Origin: Candidatus Latescibacterota bacterium
Lineage (GTDB): Bacteria > Latescibacterota > UBA2968 > UBA8231
Direction: 5' to 3'
NCBI GenBank assembly: GCA_965217585.1
Contig: OZ244561.1
Location: forward strand, 4,960,001-5,024,000
DNA length: 64,000 nt
A program made the position numbers and the translations under genes. Positions within the stretch are counted from its first letter, which is position 1. Each line of letters begins with the position of its first letter. Below the pieces are notes generated by a model. It was not told where the DNA came from and did not search any database. It worked only from the letters and a program-made list of their open reading frames with translations. This document shows positions 19,547 through 29,300 of this stretch, piece after piece.

Positions 19547-19753
19547 ATGTTCTACACCTTGTTAGCCGTATTACTGCTGGTCGTCGTGGTGCTGAAGTTC
19601 TGGTCGCCCTTTGGCCAGCGGTGTCCCGAGTGCCAAATCCGCCGGGAAGATGCGGAATATCCCTTGTGTCCAAATTGCGGGTGGATATATGAAGTGCCCG
19701 GGGAAGAAGACGAGGATTTTGCGCCGGACGACGACGAAAATGCGAAATTCTGA
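19547..19753 (+). CDS. Small membrane-anchored zinc-ribbon protein
   Basis: GGAGGAGG RBS; TM helix, CPEC...CPNC, acidic tail. Confidence 0.7.
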   Translation: MFYTLLAVLLLVVVVLKFWSPFGQRCPECQIRREDAEYPLCPNCGWIYEVPGEEDEDFAPDDDENAKF

Positions 19754-19785
19754 AGGGCGCGAAGCCGCGTTGCTGCGCCCTGTTT
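19754..19785 (+). terminator. Putative intrinsic terminator/hairpin
   Basis: AGGGCGC...GCGCCCT stem followed by GTTT; weak U-tract. Confidence 0.4.
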
Positions 19786-19789
19786 GCGC

Positions 19790-19845
19790 TTGACAATTCC
19801 CTGTACTTCCCTTTAGATTGTCTCTGATTATATAGGGAAGCACAG
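19790..19845 (+). promoter_or_regulatory. Sigma70-like promoter overlapped by a 12-bp imperfect inverted repeat
   Basis: TTGACA(19790)-18 bp-TAGATT; CTGTACTTCCCT...AGGGAAGCACAG. Confidence 0.55.
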
Positions 19846-19871
19846 AACGTTCAAACTCAGGAAGGTGGACC

Positions 19872-20495
19872 ATGAAAATGCGGGCAATATCGCTGTTTGT
19901 CGCCGTCGCGGTTTTGGCGGGCTGTGCCGACCCTCCCACAGCCGAGCTAGACGCGGCCAAGCAAGCCCTCGACTCGGCCCGGGATGTCGGTGCCGAGCAA
20001 TTTGCCGCCAGCGAGTACTCGGCCGCTCAGCGCGCGTACAACGAAGCTGAAGCAACGACCAACACCGAAGCCGAGCGCTTTTTCCTCTTCAAGGACTTTG
20101 AGCAGGCGCGAGCGCAAATCGCCGATGCCAAGACCAAAGCCATGCGGGCAGAGTCGTCTGCGGAAGCTGAAAAGAAACGCCAGAAGGAGTCGGCCGAAGC
20201 AGCGATTGCCGCCGCCCGCGACGCGGTCGGTGCCGCATATACCAGCTTAGAAGAGGCGCCGTCTGGCAAGGGCACGGAGGCCGATATTGAGGAACTGCGC
20301 GCCGAGTTGAGTGCGGCCGAAGCCGATATAGAAGCGGCCGAAACTGCGCTGAACAGCGAGAATTTCTCCGATGCCGAGTCCCTCGCCGACAGCGCGGATC
20401 AGAAGGCCACCGAGGTCGCCGACGGCGTGATGGTGGCCGTGGATAAATATCACGAGCTGGTCGAGAAGATGCGCCCTTGGTACGAGCGCATCTGA
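19872..20495 (+). CDS. Alanine-rich helical lipoprotein, DUF4398-like
   Basis: Lipobox LAGC; PPTAELDAAKQAL..AR..GAEQFA..EY..A; coiled-coil composition. Confidence 0.75.
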   Translation: MKMRAISLFVAVAVLAGCADPPTAELDAAKQALDSARDVGAEQFAASEYSAAQRAYNEAEATTNTEAERFFLFKDFEQARAQIADAKTKAMRAESSAEAEKKRQKESAEAAIAAARDAVGAAYTSLEEAPSGKGTEADIEELRAELSAAEADIEAAETALNSENFSDAESLADSADQKATEVADGVMVAVDKYHELVEKMRPWYERI

Positions 20496-20505
20496 GCGCG
20501 CGCCA

Positions 20506-21099
20506 TTGCAAGCCCCAACCACAGGCGGCCGGGAGTTGCTCCCGGCCGCTTTGTTTTTTTTGCTGTCGCTGTGGGGGCCGCCCGCCGCGTCTGGGTCCGC
20601 GCTCTGGTTAGAGCACCAGCAACTGGTGCAAGCCGTTGGGCGCCACGACCTAGCTACTCCCTACATCGTCATCAACACCCAAGACAATCTAATCCTGCTC
20701 CGCGCGCGAGAGCAGGTGTTGCGCCAAGCCGCCTGTGCAACGGGCAGCGGCCGCAAGCTCGAAGGCGCCAAGCGGTGGCATCGCTGGACCTTCGACACCC
20801 CCAAGGGACGCTTCGCCATCCGCCGCAAAGTCGCCGACCCCCTGTGGACTCGGCCGACTTGGTTCTTTGTCGAAAACGACGAGGAAATTCCCATTTTCGC
20901 CGAGGATCCGCGGCGGTTCCAACGCGGGGTCTTGGGCACGTACGCATTGTACTTCCTCAAGGATTTTATGATCCACGGCACGCTCTTTGAAATCAACTTG
21001 GGCAAGAGCATAACCCACGGCTGCGTACGGGTGGGAAATGAGGATCTGGAGTACCTCTACGAAGCCGTCGAGATCGGCTGGCCGGTCTTTATCTACTAG
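20506..21099 (+). CDS. L,D-transpeptidase (YkuD family), exported
   Basis: TPKGRF, IHGT......G...THGCVRV; start uncertain. Confidence 0.9.
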   Translation: MQAPTTGGRELLPAALFFLLSLWGPPAASGSALWLEHQQLVQAVGRHDLATPYIVINTQDNLILLRAREQVLRQAACATGSGRKLEGAKRWHRWTFDTPKGRFAIRRKVADPLWTRPTWFFVENDEEIPIFAEDPRRFQRGVLGTYALYFLKDFMIHGTLFEINLGKSITHGCVRVGNEDLEYLYEAVEIGWPVFIY

Positions 21100-21108
21100 C
21101 AGTTAGCG

Positions 21109-21630
21109 ATGAAGCACCTAGCGTTGGTTTGGGCCTTTGCGTGCGGCGCGAGCGCGGCGTCGGCTGAGGACTTAGCCTATGTCAACGCTGCGTTGCGGGC
21201 TTGGTTGCAGGCCATAGAAGCGGACGCGCCGTACTTGCTGGTGGATCGGAGTGCGGCCGAGCTGCGGCTGATGCACGGGAAGGCGCTCTTGCGGCGCGTC
21301 CCGCTCGCGGCCGATTCCCTTGGGGAGCGACCGCTGGTGCAATCTTCGCTCGCGGCCCGGTTGCGGCGCTATCGACCCAGCAGCCCTTGGCGTGGCTTGG
21401 TTCCCAGCCCTTTCGACTGGGAACAGAACTTGGTCGTCGATGCCGCGGCCACCAGTGCCCTGTACTTCGCGAGCGGACTGCTGATCTATGCCAGCCCGGC
21501 TTGGCTTCGCCCTAGTGCTATGGGACTGCAAATCGGGGTCGCTGATTTGCGCGCTCTGTACAATGCCTGCGGCCCGGGCACTGCGCTCGTCGTCCTGCCC
21601 GCCAACTGGAGAGAGGGACCTCAGCAGTGA
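21109..21630 (+). CDS. Exported YkuD-fold-like protein lacking catalytic His/Cys
   Basis: PYLLVD....LRLM, ALYF....IYA, GLQIGVADLRALY..(C)GPG..LVV align by eye with the upstream LDT. Confidence 0.6.
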   Translation: MKHLALVWAFACGASAASAEDLAYVNAALRAWLQAIEADAPYLLVDRSAAELRLMHGKALLRRVPLAADSLGERPLVQSSLAARLRRYRPSSPWRGLVPSPFDWEQNLVVDAAATSALYFASGLLIYASPAWLRPSAMGLQIGVADLRALYNACGPGTALVVLPANWREGPQQ

Positions 21631-22886
21631 CCTTATACTTTGGCGCGGTGGCCGCTGACATCACGCCGCCGGTCGGCATCGCAATGGGTGGGTATTGGGG
21701 GCGGCGGTCCGGGGCCACGCATATCCGTGATCGCCTCATGGCCAAGGCCCTTGTCTGCGGCCTCGGGTCGGCGCGCGTCGCCTTGGTCGCCGTCGATTTG
21801 GTGGGGTTGGACGCCGCCGTTGTGCGGGCGATTCGGGAGCGGGTAGCGTGCGCCACCGGCATCGAAGTCATGGCTGTGATGATCTGTGCCTCCCACACTC
21901 ACTCCGGCCCGCTAACCTTTCCCTTCCGGGGCATGGGCCGCATCGACAGCCGCTACTTGGAGCAGGTCGTGGACGCCGTGGTCGAGGTGGTGATAGCTGC
22001 TGCCGCCGACAGCCGACCGGGCCGCTTATACTATGCGCGCCCCCAGGTGCAGATAGGCCGCAATCGCCGGCCGCAGAGCGTCAAAGGCGAGTTTGTGCCC
22101 TACGCGCACGTGTTGCGCTTTGTCGCCGAGTACGGGGCGGAGGCCACGCTTTTTAGCTACGCCTGTCATCCGGTGGTTTTGGGCCGCGACAATCACCAGA
22201 TCAGCGCCGACTTCCCCGGGGTAGCGGCCCGCTGCATTGAGGCGGCGACCGGCGGGCGGGCTCTGTTTGTCAATGGGGCCTGCGGCGACGTCAACCCGCG
22301 GATCGCCAACGGCTCGTTTGCAGATGTGGAGTGCTTGGGGGAGGAGTTGGGGAGGGCCGTGCTGGAGGGGCGGGCGGAGGCCACGCCCGTGGACGCCTCG
22401 GCGCTACGCTGGGCGCACGAGCGATTGGATTTGCCGCTGAGACCCTTACCACCGCGCTGGCGTGCCGAGGCTGAGAAACTCAAATGGCATCTGCGGGCGC
22501 GTTTGGCGCGGGGCGGCGAGGTGCCCACAGCGCAGCTCGAATGGGCTGTGGCCATGCGCAAATGGGTGCGGGCTGGTGCGGAGCGCTCTCGGGTCCAGCC
22601 CTTTGAGCTACAGGCGTTGGCCCTTGGCGAGCTGGTGCTCTTGGGTATGGAAGGCGAGCTTTTTGCCCGCTATCAACTCGACTTGGAGGCCGCGCATGGA
22701 CCAGCCGTCTTGTGCGGCTTTGCCAATGGTTGCATTGGCTACGTGCCCACGGCCGACGAGTACGCGCGCGGCGGCTACGAGATTGACCTAGCCTACAAGG
22801 TCTATCCGAGCGTGCAGATGATTGCGCCGGTGAGCGAGTCGCTGATACGGCAGCGGGCTGCGGCGTTGGTAGCAAAAGTGCGCTAG
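21627..22886 (+). CDS. Neutral/alkaline ceramidase-like hydrolase
   Basis: ADITPP...MGGY, ASHTHSGP, YACHPV, ISADFPG, NGACGDVNP, GFANG.IGYVP. Confidence 0.82.
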   Translation: MTLYFGAVAADITPPVGIAMGGYWGRRSGATHIRDRLMAKALVCGLGSARVALVAVDLVGLDAAVVRAIRERVACATGIEVMAVMICASHTHSGPLTFPFRGMGRIDSRYLEQVVDAVVEVVIAAAADSRPGRLYYARPQVQIGRNRRPQSVKGEFVPYAHVLRFVAEYGAEATLFSYACHPVVLGRDNHQISADFPGVAARCIEAATGGRALFVNGACGDVNPRIANGSFADVECLGEELGRAVLEGRAEATPVDASALRWAHERLDLPLRPLPPRWRAEAEKLKWHLRARLARGGEVPTAQLEWAVAMRKWVRAGAERSRVQPFELQALALGELVLLGMEGELFARYQLDLEAAHGPAVLCGFANGCIGYVPTADEYARGGYEIDLAYKVYPSVQMIAPVSESLIRQRAAALVAKVR

Positions 22887-22904
22887 ATTACAACAGGAGG
22901 ATGT

Positions 22905-23579
22905 ATGCGCGATCTAGAGGTACTCTACGATCAAGTTCCGGCGACGCGGTGTGCTGGGACGGGCGATTGCTGTGCGCTCACGGACGAAGAGTTCGACACC
23001 TACTACGCCACTATGTTCCCGCTCTACCGGGCCGAATACGTCCACATCGTCGCCTATGTGGAGCGGCACTTTTCCCCTCAGCGTCGCCAGGAATTGCTGA
23101 GCTTTACCGAGGAGCGGCCCCGTCGCTGCCCCTTTCTCGGCGCGGACCATAGCTGTACCATCTATCCGGTGCGCCCACTGATTTGCCGCACGTACGGAGC
23201 GATGAATCCGGTCTCGATCGCCCGCCAAGCCCTCGCGCATCAGGGCGCTTTGCCGTCGGCGCAAATCCGCGCCTTTGTGCGTCGCGAGGCCGGCATGGTG
23301 TGTCCGCGGGTGGCCGTGCTGGAGCCGGAAAAGGTCGCGCGGCACGCCCGCATGCTCATCGAGGGGACGTACGAGCGCGAATTGACGCGGCTCAGCGCCG
23401 AGGTGGAGCTGACGGGCGGGATACGCAAACGGCTCTTCCAACGGCTCACCGGCCGGAGAGAGTGGCCGCTGCGCTGGTCTTGGGGGGGCTTTAATGCACT
23501 GCGCTTTGCGCCGCTGGCATGGCTGCGCCAGCACTTTGCTGCGTATTGGAAAAAAGCCGAGTTAATCGATGGCAAGTAA
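22905..23579 (+). CDS. YkgJ/CxxCxxCC cysteine-cluster protein
   Basis: C.....CC, CPFL....CTIYPVRPLICR; AGGAGG RBS. Confidence 0.8.
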   Translation: MRDLEVLYDQVPATRCAGTGDCCALTDEEFDTYYATMFPLYRAEYVHIVAYVERHFSPQRRQELLSFTEERPRRCPFLGADHSCTIYPVRPLICRTYGAMNPVSIARQALAHQGALPSAQIRAFVRREAGMVCPRVAVLEPEKVARHARMLIEGTYERELTRLSAEVELTGGIRKRLFQRLTGRREWPLRWSWGGFNALRFAPLAWLRQHFAAYWKKAELIDGK

Positions 23580-23598
23580 CGCGAAAGGAGATTGCACC

Positions 23599-24756
23599 AT
23601 GCAACAATACCGAGTCGCTATTTTGGGCTGCCGCAGCCGGGGCACGGCCGCGGCCCGCGCGTATCATCAGCATCCCCGCACCGAGGTCGTAGCATTGTGC
23701 GACCTTGTGCCCGAGCGGCTGGCGGAACTCGGCGACGAGCTGGGGGTTGCGGCCCGCTACGACGACCTCGACCGGATGATCGAAGCCGAGGCCCCGGACA
23801 TCGTCGCCATCCCCACGGGCACTGAGTTCCACTATCCGCTCGCCATGCAAGTGCTGGAGCACAGAGTCCACATCGACATTGAAAAGCCGATCTGCACGAC
23901 CTTGGCCGAGGCTGACGCGGTTTTGGCCAAAGCCGCGGAGCAAGGGGTACAAGTAGCCGTACATCACCAAGGGCGCAGCGGCGGCGCGCTGCAAGCGGTC
24001 AAAGCGGCGATTGCCGAGGGCCGGATCGGCGACTTGCGCTATGTGCAGGGCAGCGGCAAGGGCTACTACGGAGGCTACGGCCTGATGAATATCGCCACGC
24101 ACTCGCTCAACGCCATGCTCGGAGTGGCTGGGCCGGTGCGGAGTGTCCAAGCTGTGGCCCTGACCGATGGCCGCCCGATCACGCCCGAGGATGTAGTGCC
24201 GTCGCCGAGCGGCATGGGCTACATCGCCGGCGAGCACGTGACCGCAGCCCTCGCCTTTGCCAGTGGGATTTCGGCCACTCTCTTGCAGCACCGCTTCCCC
24301 AAGATGGATTCAACGGCCTATATGATCGAGGTCTACGGCACCGAGGGTCGGCTCTACTGGAAGAGCGGTGCCCCGTGGTTTTTGTCCACGCCGCACTTTG
24401 CTCCCGGCCAAGCCGAGTGGCAGCCGCTCGCCCCCCTAGTGCCCGAACACTACGACCCGGCAGGCTCGGCTTCGGTAGAGGACTACCAGTTCGCCGATGA
24501 GTACGTGCAGGCGCTCGACGAGGGCCGTGCGCACGAGTGCTCGGGCGAGGCTGGTCGCCACGTGCTGGAGATCTTGATGGGGATTTTCGAGTCGGGGGCG
24601 CGTGGGAAGCGCGTGGATTTGCCGCAAGCGGACCGCGACCACCCGCTCTTGCGCTGGCGCGAGGAACACGGCCTGGGCCTGCCCAGTTCCATGCCGCGCC
24701 CGTATGCGGAGTGGCTCGCCGCTGAAGACCGCCGGTTGGGCCGGAGCGCGAGTTAG
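23599..24756 (+). CDS. Gfo/Idh/MocA oxidoreductase
   Basis: RVAILGC, VVALCD, EKP, YGTEG; AGGAG RBS. Confidence 0.9.
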   Translation: MQQYRVAILGCRSRGTAAARAYHQHPRTEVVALCDLVPERLAELGDELGVAARYDDLDRMIEAEAPDIVAIPTGTEFHYPLAMQVLEHRVHIDIEKPICTTLAEADAVLAKAAEQGVQVAVHHQGRSGGALQAVKAAIAEGRIGDLRYVQGSGKGYYGGYGLMNIATHSLNAMLGVAGPVRSVQAVALTDGRPITPEDVVPSPSGMGYIAGEHVTAALAFASGISATLLQHRFPKMDSTAYMIEVYGTEGRLYWKSGAPWFLSTPHFAPGQAEWQPLAPLVPEHYDPAGSASVEDYQFADEYVQALDEGRAHECSGEAGRHVLEILMGIFESGARGKRVDLPQADRDHPLLRWREEHGLGLPSSMPRPYAEWLAAEDRRLGRSAS

Positions 24757-26207
24757 CCTGCCAGTTTTCCCAACAGCCCCCAACCGCTGACGGCGGACGA
24801 GACGATCAGTACCACGGTCGAGAGTACCGCGCCGATGAGGACCCAGGCGCGGGTGCGGTAGGAGGCGGGTAGCTTGAAGTTGAGATAGATGGCTGCCACC
24901 ATCATCATGGCAATGGCCAGATTGGCGATGAGGAAGCCGGCGATCTGGGTCAGGATGTCGAAGGGGATGTTGTTCCAGACGATGAGCATGGTGGTGGCGA
25001 AGATGTAGAGGCAGATGACGCGCTTTATCGACTGATATTCCCAAGTGCGGTCGGGCCAGCGGGCGGCGAGAAACTCTTGGGCCACGCGGGCGTAGATTTC
25101 GGGGAGGGCTTGCAGGGTGCCCCACAGCGCGGCGAGGATGCAGACGTAGTAAATCCACACTAAGCTCGGATGAATCTGACGCCAGACGTGGGCTTGGTGC
25201 GTCAGTAGGTTCCAGCCCTCAAAGCGGGTCTCGAGCGGGAAGAGCACTGCCGCTCCAGAAACCATAAAGGCCCCGGTGACGATGAAGAGGACCAGCGCTC
25301 CCAGCGCCACGTCCCAGCGCAGCGGCGATACCCGTTGCCGCAGGTAATGGATTTGCTGGGGATCGTCGGGTAGGTAGTCGATGGTGTCGCTGCGGGCGGC
25401 GCGGGCGCGGATGGCCTCGATGTCCTTGTGGCCAGTCAGGCCCCACTTGTGCAGGCCGATCCAGTTGGCGTAGGCGATGTAGCCAATGACCGAGCCGCCG
25501 ACGTAGCCAAAAGTGGTGCCCAACGTCAGCAGCGGATGCGCGACTGTGTCGGCGGGTGCCCAGTCCGGGAAGGGAGGCAGGTCGCCAAAGCGGAAGGTCC
25601 CCACAAGCGCCGCGATCAGGTCTGGGCGCACGATGAGGGTCCCGGCAATGGTGCCCGTGACTAGGATCCCGCAGATGAGGAGCTGTTGCTTTTCAAGGCG
25701 TTCAAAGGACAGGCGGATACCAAAAAGCAGCGCCAAGGCAATAAAGGCCGAGGTTATGGCGTTTTCCCAGAAGACTTCTTCCTCGCCGGCGGGCAGCAGG
25801 TCGCGCAGCAAGAAGTGAAAAAGGTCGCCGCAGGGCTTGGAGACGGGCACCCAGGCTAGAGGTGCGCCGATCATTTCAAAGAGCAGAATGGTCAACAGCA
25901 GCCATCCACGCGGCCCGGGCAGGCGCACGAGGCGGTGGCCGATCAGCTCGCCGCTGACGGCTGTATAGCGGCCGATCAGATAGGTGAAGAAGACGCCCTT
26001 GACCAAGCAACTGAGCAAGACCATCCACAACAAACCATAGCCGGCCCAAGCCCCGGCCCGCACCACGACGATGGTCTCGCCGGCACCAATGGCGACCGAG
26101 GCGACGATGGCCGCCGGGCCGAAGACGGCGAGCATACCTAAGAGTTTCTGCAGCGACCAAGATTGGCCGAAGACGCCTTCGGGCGGCGGGATTTCTACTT
26201 TGTTCAT
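24753..26207 (-). CDS. Nramp-like (APC superfamily) transporter
   Basis: FGPAAIVASVAIGAGE....RAGAWAGYGLLW, GRYT..SGE, about 11 TM segments; start re-called at MNKVEIPPP. Confidence 0.82.
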   Translation of the reverse strand: MNKVEIPPPEGVFGQSWSLQKLLGMLAVFGPAAIVASVAIGAGETIVVVRAGAWAGYGLLWMVLLSCLVKGVFFTYLIGRYTAVSGELIGHRLVRLPGPRGWLLLTILLFEMIGAPLAWVPVSKPCGDLFHFLLRDLLPAGEEEVFWENAITSAFIALALLFGIRLSFERLEKQQLLICGILVTGTIAGTLIVRPDLIAALVGTFRFGDLPPFPDWAPADTVAHPLLTLGTTFGYVGGSVIGYIAYANWIGLHKWGLTGHKDIEAIRARAARSDTIDYLPDDPQQIHYLRQRVSPLRWDVALGALVLFIVTGAFMVSGAAVLFPLETRFEGWNLLTHQAHVWRQIHPSLVWIYYVCILAALWGTLQALPEIYARVAQEFLAARWPDRTWEYQSIKRVICLYIFATTMLIVWNNIPFDILTQIAGFLIANLAIAMMMVAAIYLNFKLPASYRTRAWVLIGAVLSTVVLIVSSAVSGWGLLGKLAG

Positions 26208-26272
26208 GCGAGGGGATGCGCTTTGCAGAGGGGAATAAGGCTCTGGGTGATGATGATGATGCGTAAATTCAT
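26204..26272 (-). CDS. 22-aa leaderless uORF MNLRIIIITQSLIPLCKAHPLA, derived from the Gfo gene 5' end
   Basis: ATG 7 nt after TTGCGC-17-TACTTT; TGA overlaps the Nramp ATG; homologous to MSLRIGIVGTGSFAQSFIPLFKAHPLV. Confidence 0.6.
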   Translation of the reverse strand: MNLRIIIITQSLIPLCKAHPLA

Positions 26273-26311
26273 GGTGGGCAAAGTACGGTGGGCGGATAGG
26301 TGGCGCAATAG
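26209..26311. repeat. Degenerate direct repeat of 31940-32057 (promoter and first ~27 codons of the Gfo gene)
   Basis: Colinear match with one 15-bp in-frame deletion; -35/-10 hexamers and 17-bp spacing kept. Confidence 0.9.
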
Positions 26312-26320
26312 GCCGCGCGC

Positions 26321-29300
26321 TCAATTGCTGCGATACTCGAGTACGACCCGATTGACAGGGCCTTGGAGGCCCATGGTATTGACCGCTTTTGCCTGCAGCG
26401 TGTTGCTGCCCGGGCGCAGTTGCCACGCGAAAGACGGGTCGCTCTCCTGCCATGCGCCCTCGTCCAAGCTGACCTCAAAGCGGGCGAAATTAGGAATGGG
26501 GCCGGACAATTGCACGGACAGGGCCGCGGTCGTCTCGGTGTCTTCTAGGTCGATCCTCGTTTTGTTCAAGGACCAGTAGAAATCCTCCGGCCGGGTGGTC
26601 TGGAGCGAATATTCCGGGTACCTCGGGTCGAGACTGTCGGTCCACCACAGATGGCCGTCCCAGTGGTACTGATCCATGCCCTGTTCCAGTTCCTGGGGCT
26701 CGGAGCGGTACAGGTGGTCATTGCGCAGCGGTATTCCGAAGCGCAGGTACAGATCGACAAACATCTGCCGCATCCGGTCCACGGGAATGGGCGGTGGGGG
26801 AATAATATCGATATCCTCGGCACTGTTGGCGGCGGCGCTGCGATGCATTTCGAGCGCATTGATGGGCACACCGGCCCTTTCGTACTGGAAAGCCACTTGG
26901 TGCCCTGGCAAGAGCCCCGGATCCTGGAGAATCCACTTGCCGTACTGGTCCGACCAGATCTCGGCTAGGCAGTGGTGATCGACGATGAGGGCACGAGCGT
27001 GGTACCCGAGGGCCGCGGCGCACTGGGCAAAGACAGCCGCATAGTGGGTGCACATCCCCAGCGCCAAGTTCTGCGGAGCCAGTTCGAGGATCTCCAGCGC
27101 GTCCCACTGTGGGCAGTAGTTGTACTCGTTTTCGTTCCACCCTTCCCACTGCCGGCGGACCCACTGGCGCAAAAGGGCAAACTTTTCCATCTCCGTTTTG
27201 CCGGGGGCGACTATTTCGTCCAGTCGGTATTTTTCCCGCAGGTGGCGCATGCGGGGGTGGTGTGGATCGGCGTAGTCGAAATCGTACGAAGAGACCGCAA
27301 TGGCATGGTCCGGTGCCTCGATCACCTCGATGTCCGGGTGATTTACCCCACTGACCCGGCCGGAAGCCTCAATGGTCACTTTTTTCACCAAGGGCGTGAT
27401 GCGGGCATCCCGGCTGGAAAGGGTCGCTCGCCACTGCACAAAGCGCTGTCCGGGCAAGGTGCTGGCCGAGTCGGCTGCCTGCCAGGGACTCCATTTATCC
27501 GGCGCGTAGCGGGCCGTCGAGCCAGTGCGCACTGCTAACCGGACAGCAGTCTGCGGCCGCAGTGCCAGATCGGCGGACAGACGCAGGGCGCTCACCTCCA
27601 CCTTGGGGGGCAGGGCATATTCTGCGGCTACATCAATTATCGGGGAAGTCAGGGTCCCCTCGGGCGGATAGCCGTGGACCCGGATGCGGACGACGTACTC
27701 GCCCGAGAGATTGTTCTCGGACCCGAGTATGTCGCTCTTCCACTCGCTGCTCTCCCCGGCAAGGCGCTTGAAACTGTTTTTGCCGGGCCTATCCGCATCG
27801 ATGAGTAGAAAACCCGCTCCCGAAAAGACCAGTTCGTTGCTGCCCTGCTGCAGGTAGCGGCCGGGAATGGTCTCCCGGTCCCAGCCGCCCGTGAGCATTT
27901 TTTCCCTGTTCTGAACATGGCGGATCTCGTGCCCGTTGACCACAATGAGCATGGGTGTTTGCTCGCTACCACCCCCGCCGAAAAAGAGGATTTCGGCTTT
28001 TTCGACTGCTGATGGCAATTCGAAGACCTTTTTCACTTGGATTTGGTCCGTCAGGGGTTCGCTGATTTTCGAACTGCGGGCCATGGCATCGGCAATCAGA
28101 TAGGTGGGCGCTAGGCCAAGGGCACCAGAGGCGGCGGAAAAATCGATGAAACGGTCGCGGGTGCAGTTGGTGAGAGTCTCGCCCTCAAAGGTCCTTTTCC
28201 ACTTGGACGAGGTTGCGCTGGCAGTGGTGTAGCGCGCTTTGGTCTCCGCAGTCCTCGGCGGCTCACCGGAGGACATCTGCCGGTCTTGCGGGTAGTACAA
28301 CAGCAGATAACCGCGCCGCTCGCGCTCGCCACATATGAGGGTGCCGTCGGCCGTGCTGACGACCGCGCCGATAGCGCCGAAGGTCCGGTGCCCTCCTTCC
28401 GGCTGCATGCCGCCCGGCCAGGTACCCAGGTACATCCGGCGTTGGACCGGGTCAAAGGCAAACAAGCGCGGCAGCCCTCCCTGTTCTCCGCCCACGCCGT
28501 AAATCAGGCCATCCGCCCCCCGGGCCAGCCCTGGGATGCGGTGCTGCCGCAGGGGCTTGCCAAAACCCTCTACCAATGCGGCTTTGGGGTCAAAGCGGAA
28601 CAGATGGCCATCTGTCGTGCCGGCGAGAAAGCTGCCGTCGTCCAGTTTTACCGCGGCGTCGATGGCGGCGAAGCGCCGTCGCCCCACTATGGCTGGCAAT
28701 CTGGCATCGAGGGGCTTGAGGACGCCTGTGCGGGGATCCAGTTCGAGGATGCGACCCATGTCGTCGTCGCCACTCGCCCCGGTGCTGGTGCCGCTGAGGT
28801 AGATCTTGCCGTTGTCTGCGGCCAGTAGGACTTTGCTGATCGGGCGGGTATGGTGGTGTTGGGGTAGGGGAACTACCTCGCCGTAGTCCTTGTTCTGGCC
28901 CGACGACAGCGCCACGGTGAAAAGCCGCCCTCCGGGTGCGGTAAGGCCGCAGAGTATTTGCCCGGTGGCGTCGACGGTTAGGGCTCCTACTCCGTCCGGC
29001 TCGGGAAATTCAGGCAGGGCGATCTCTGCGAGCAAGCGACCAGCGGGCGAGTAGTGCCGGAGGGGCATGCCTGGGGCTGCTCGATCCATCAGGTGGGGCG
29101 GCGGCACGGAGTCGCGGCGTCTGAAAGTGCCGGGGGTGTGGGGGCGCTGCCGCAGGCGCTCGAAGAAGAACTGCTTGTCGTAAGCGCGTCGGGCACCCAG
29201 ATAAATGTCCCCTTCGGGTCCGAGCGCTAGGCGCGGCTCGTCCCACCACAGGGCCTCGAAGCAGTCGAGCATTTTCACTGTTGTGCTGCTAGGGTCAAAG

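Noticed and set aside
26208-26453. Long N-terminal extension of the Nramp ORF with a His run (HHEFTHHHHH), tempting as a metal-binding leader
   Set aside because: It overlaps the upstream gene, and the His run is the off-frame reading of the ATC repeats in the duplicated Gfo fragment; the start at 26207 is better supported.
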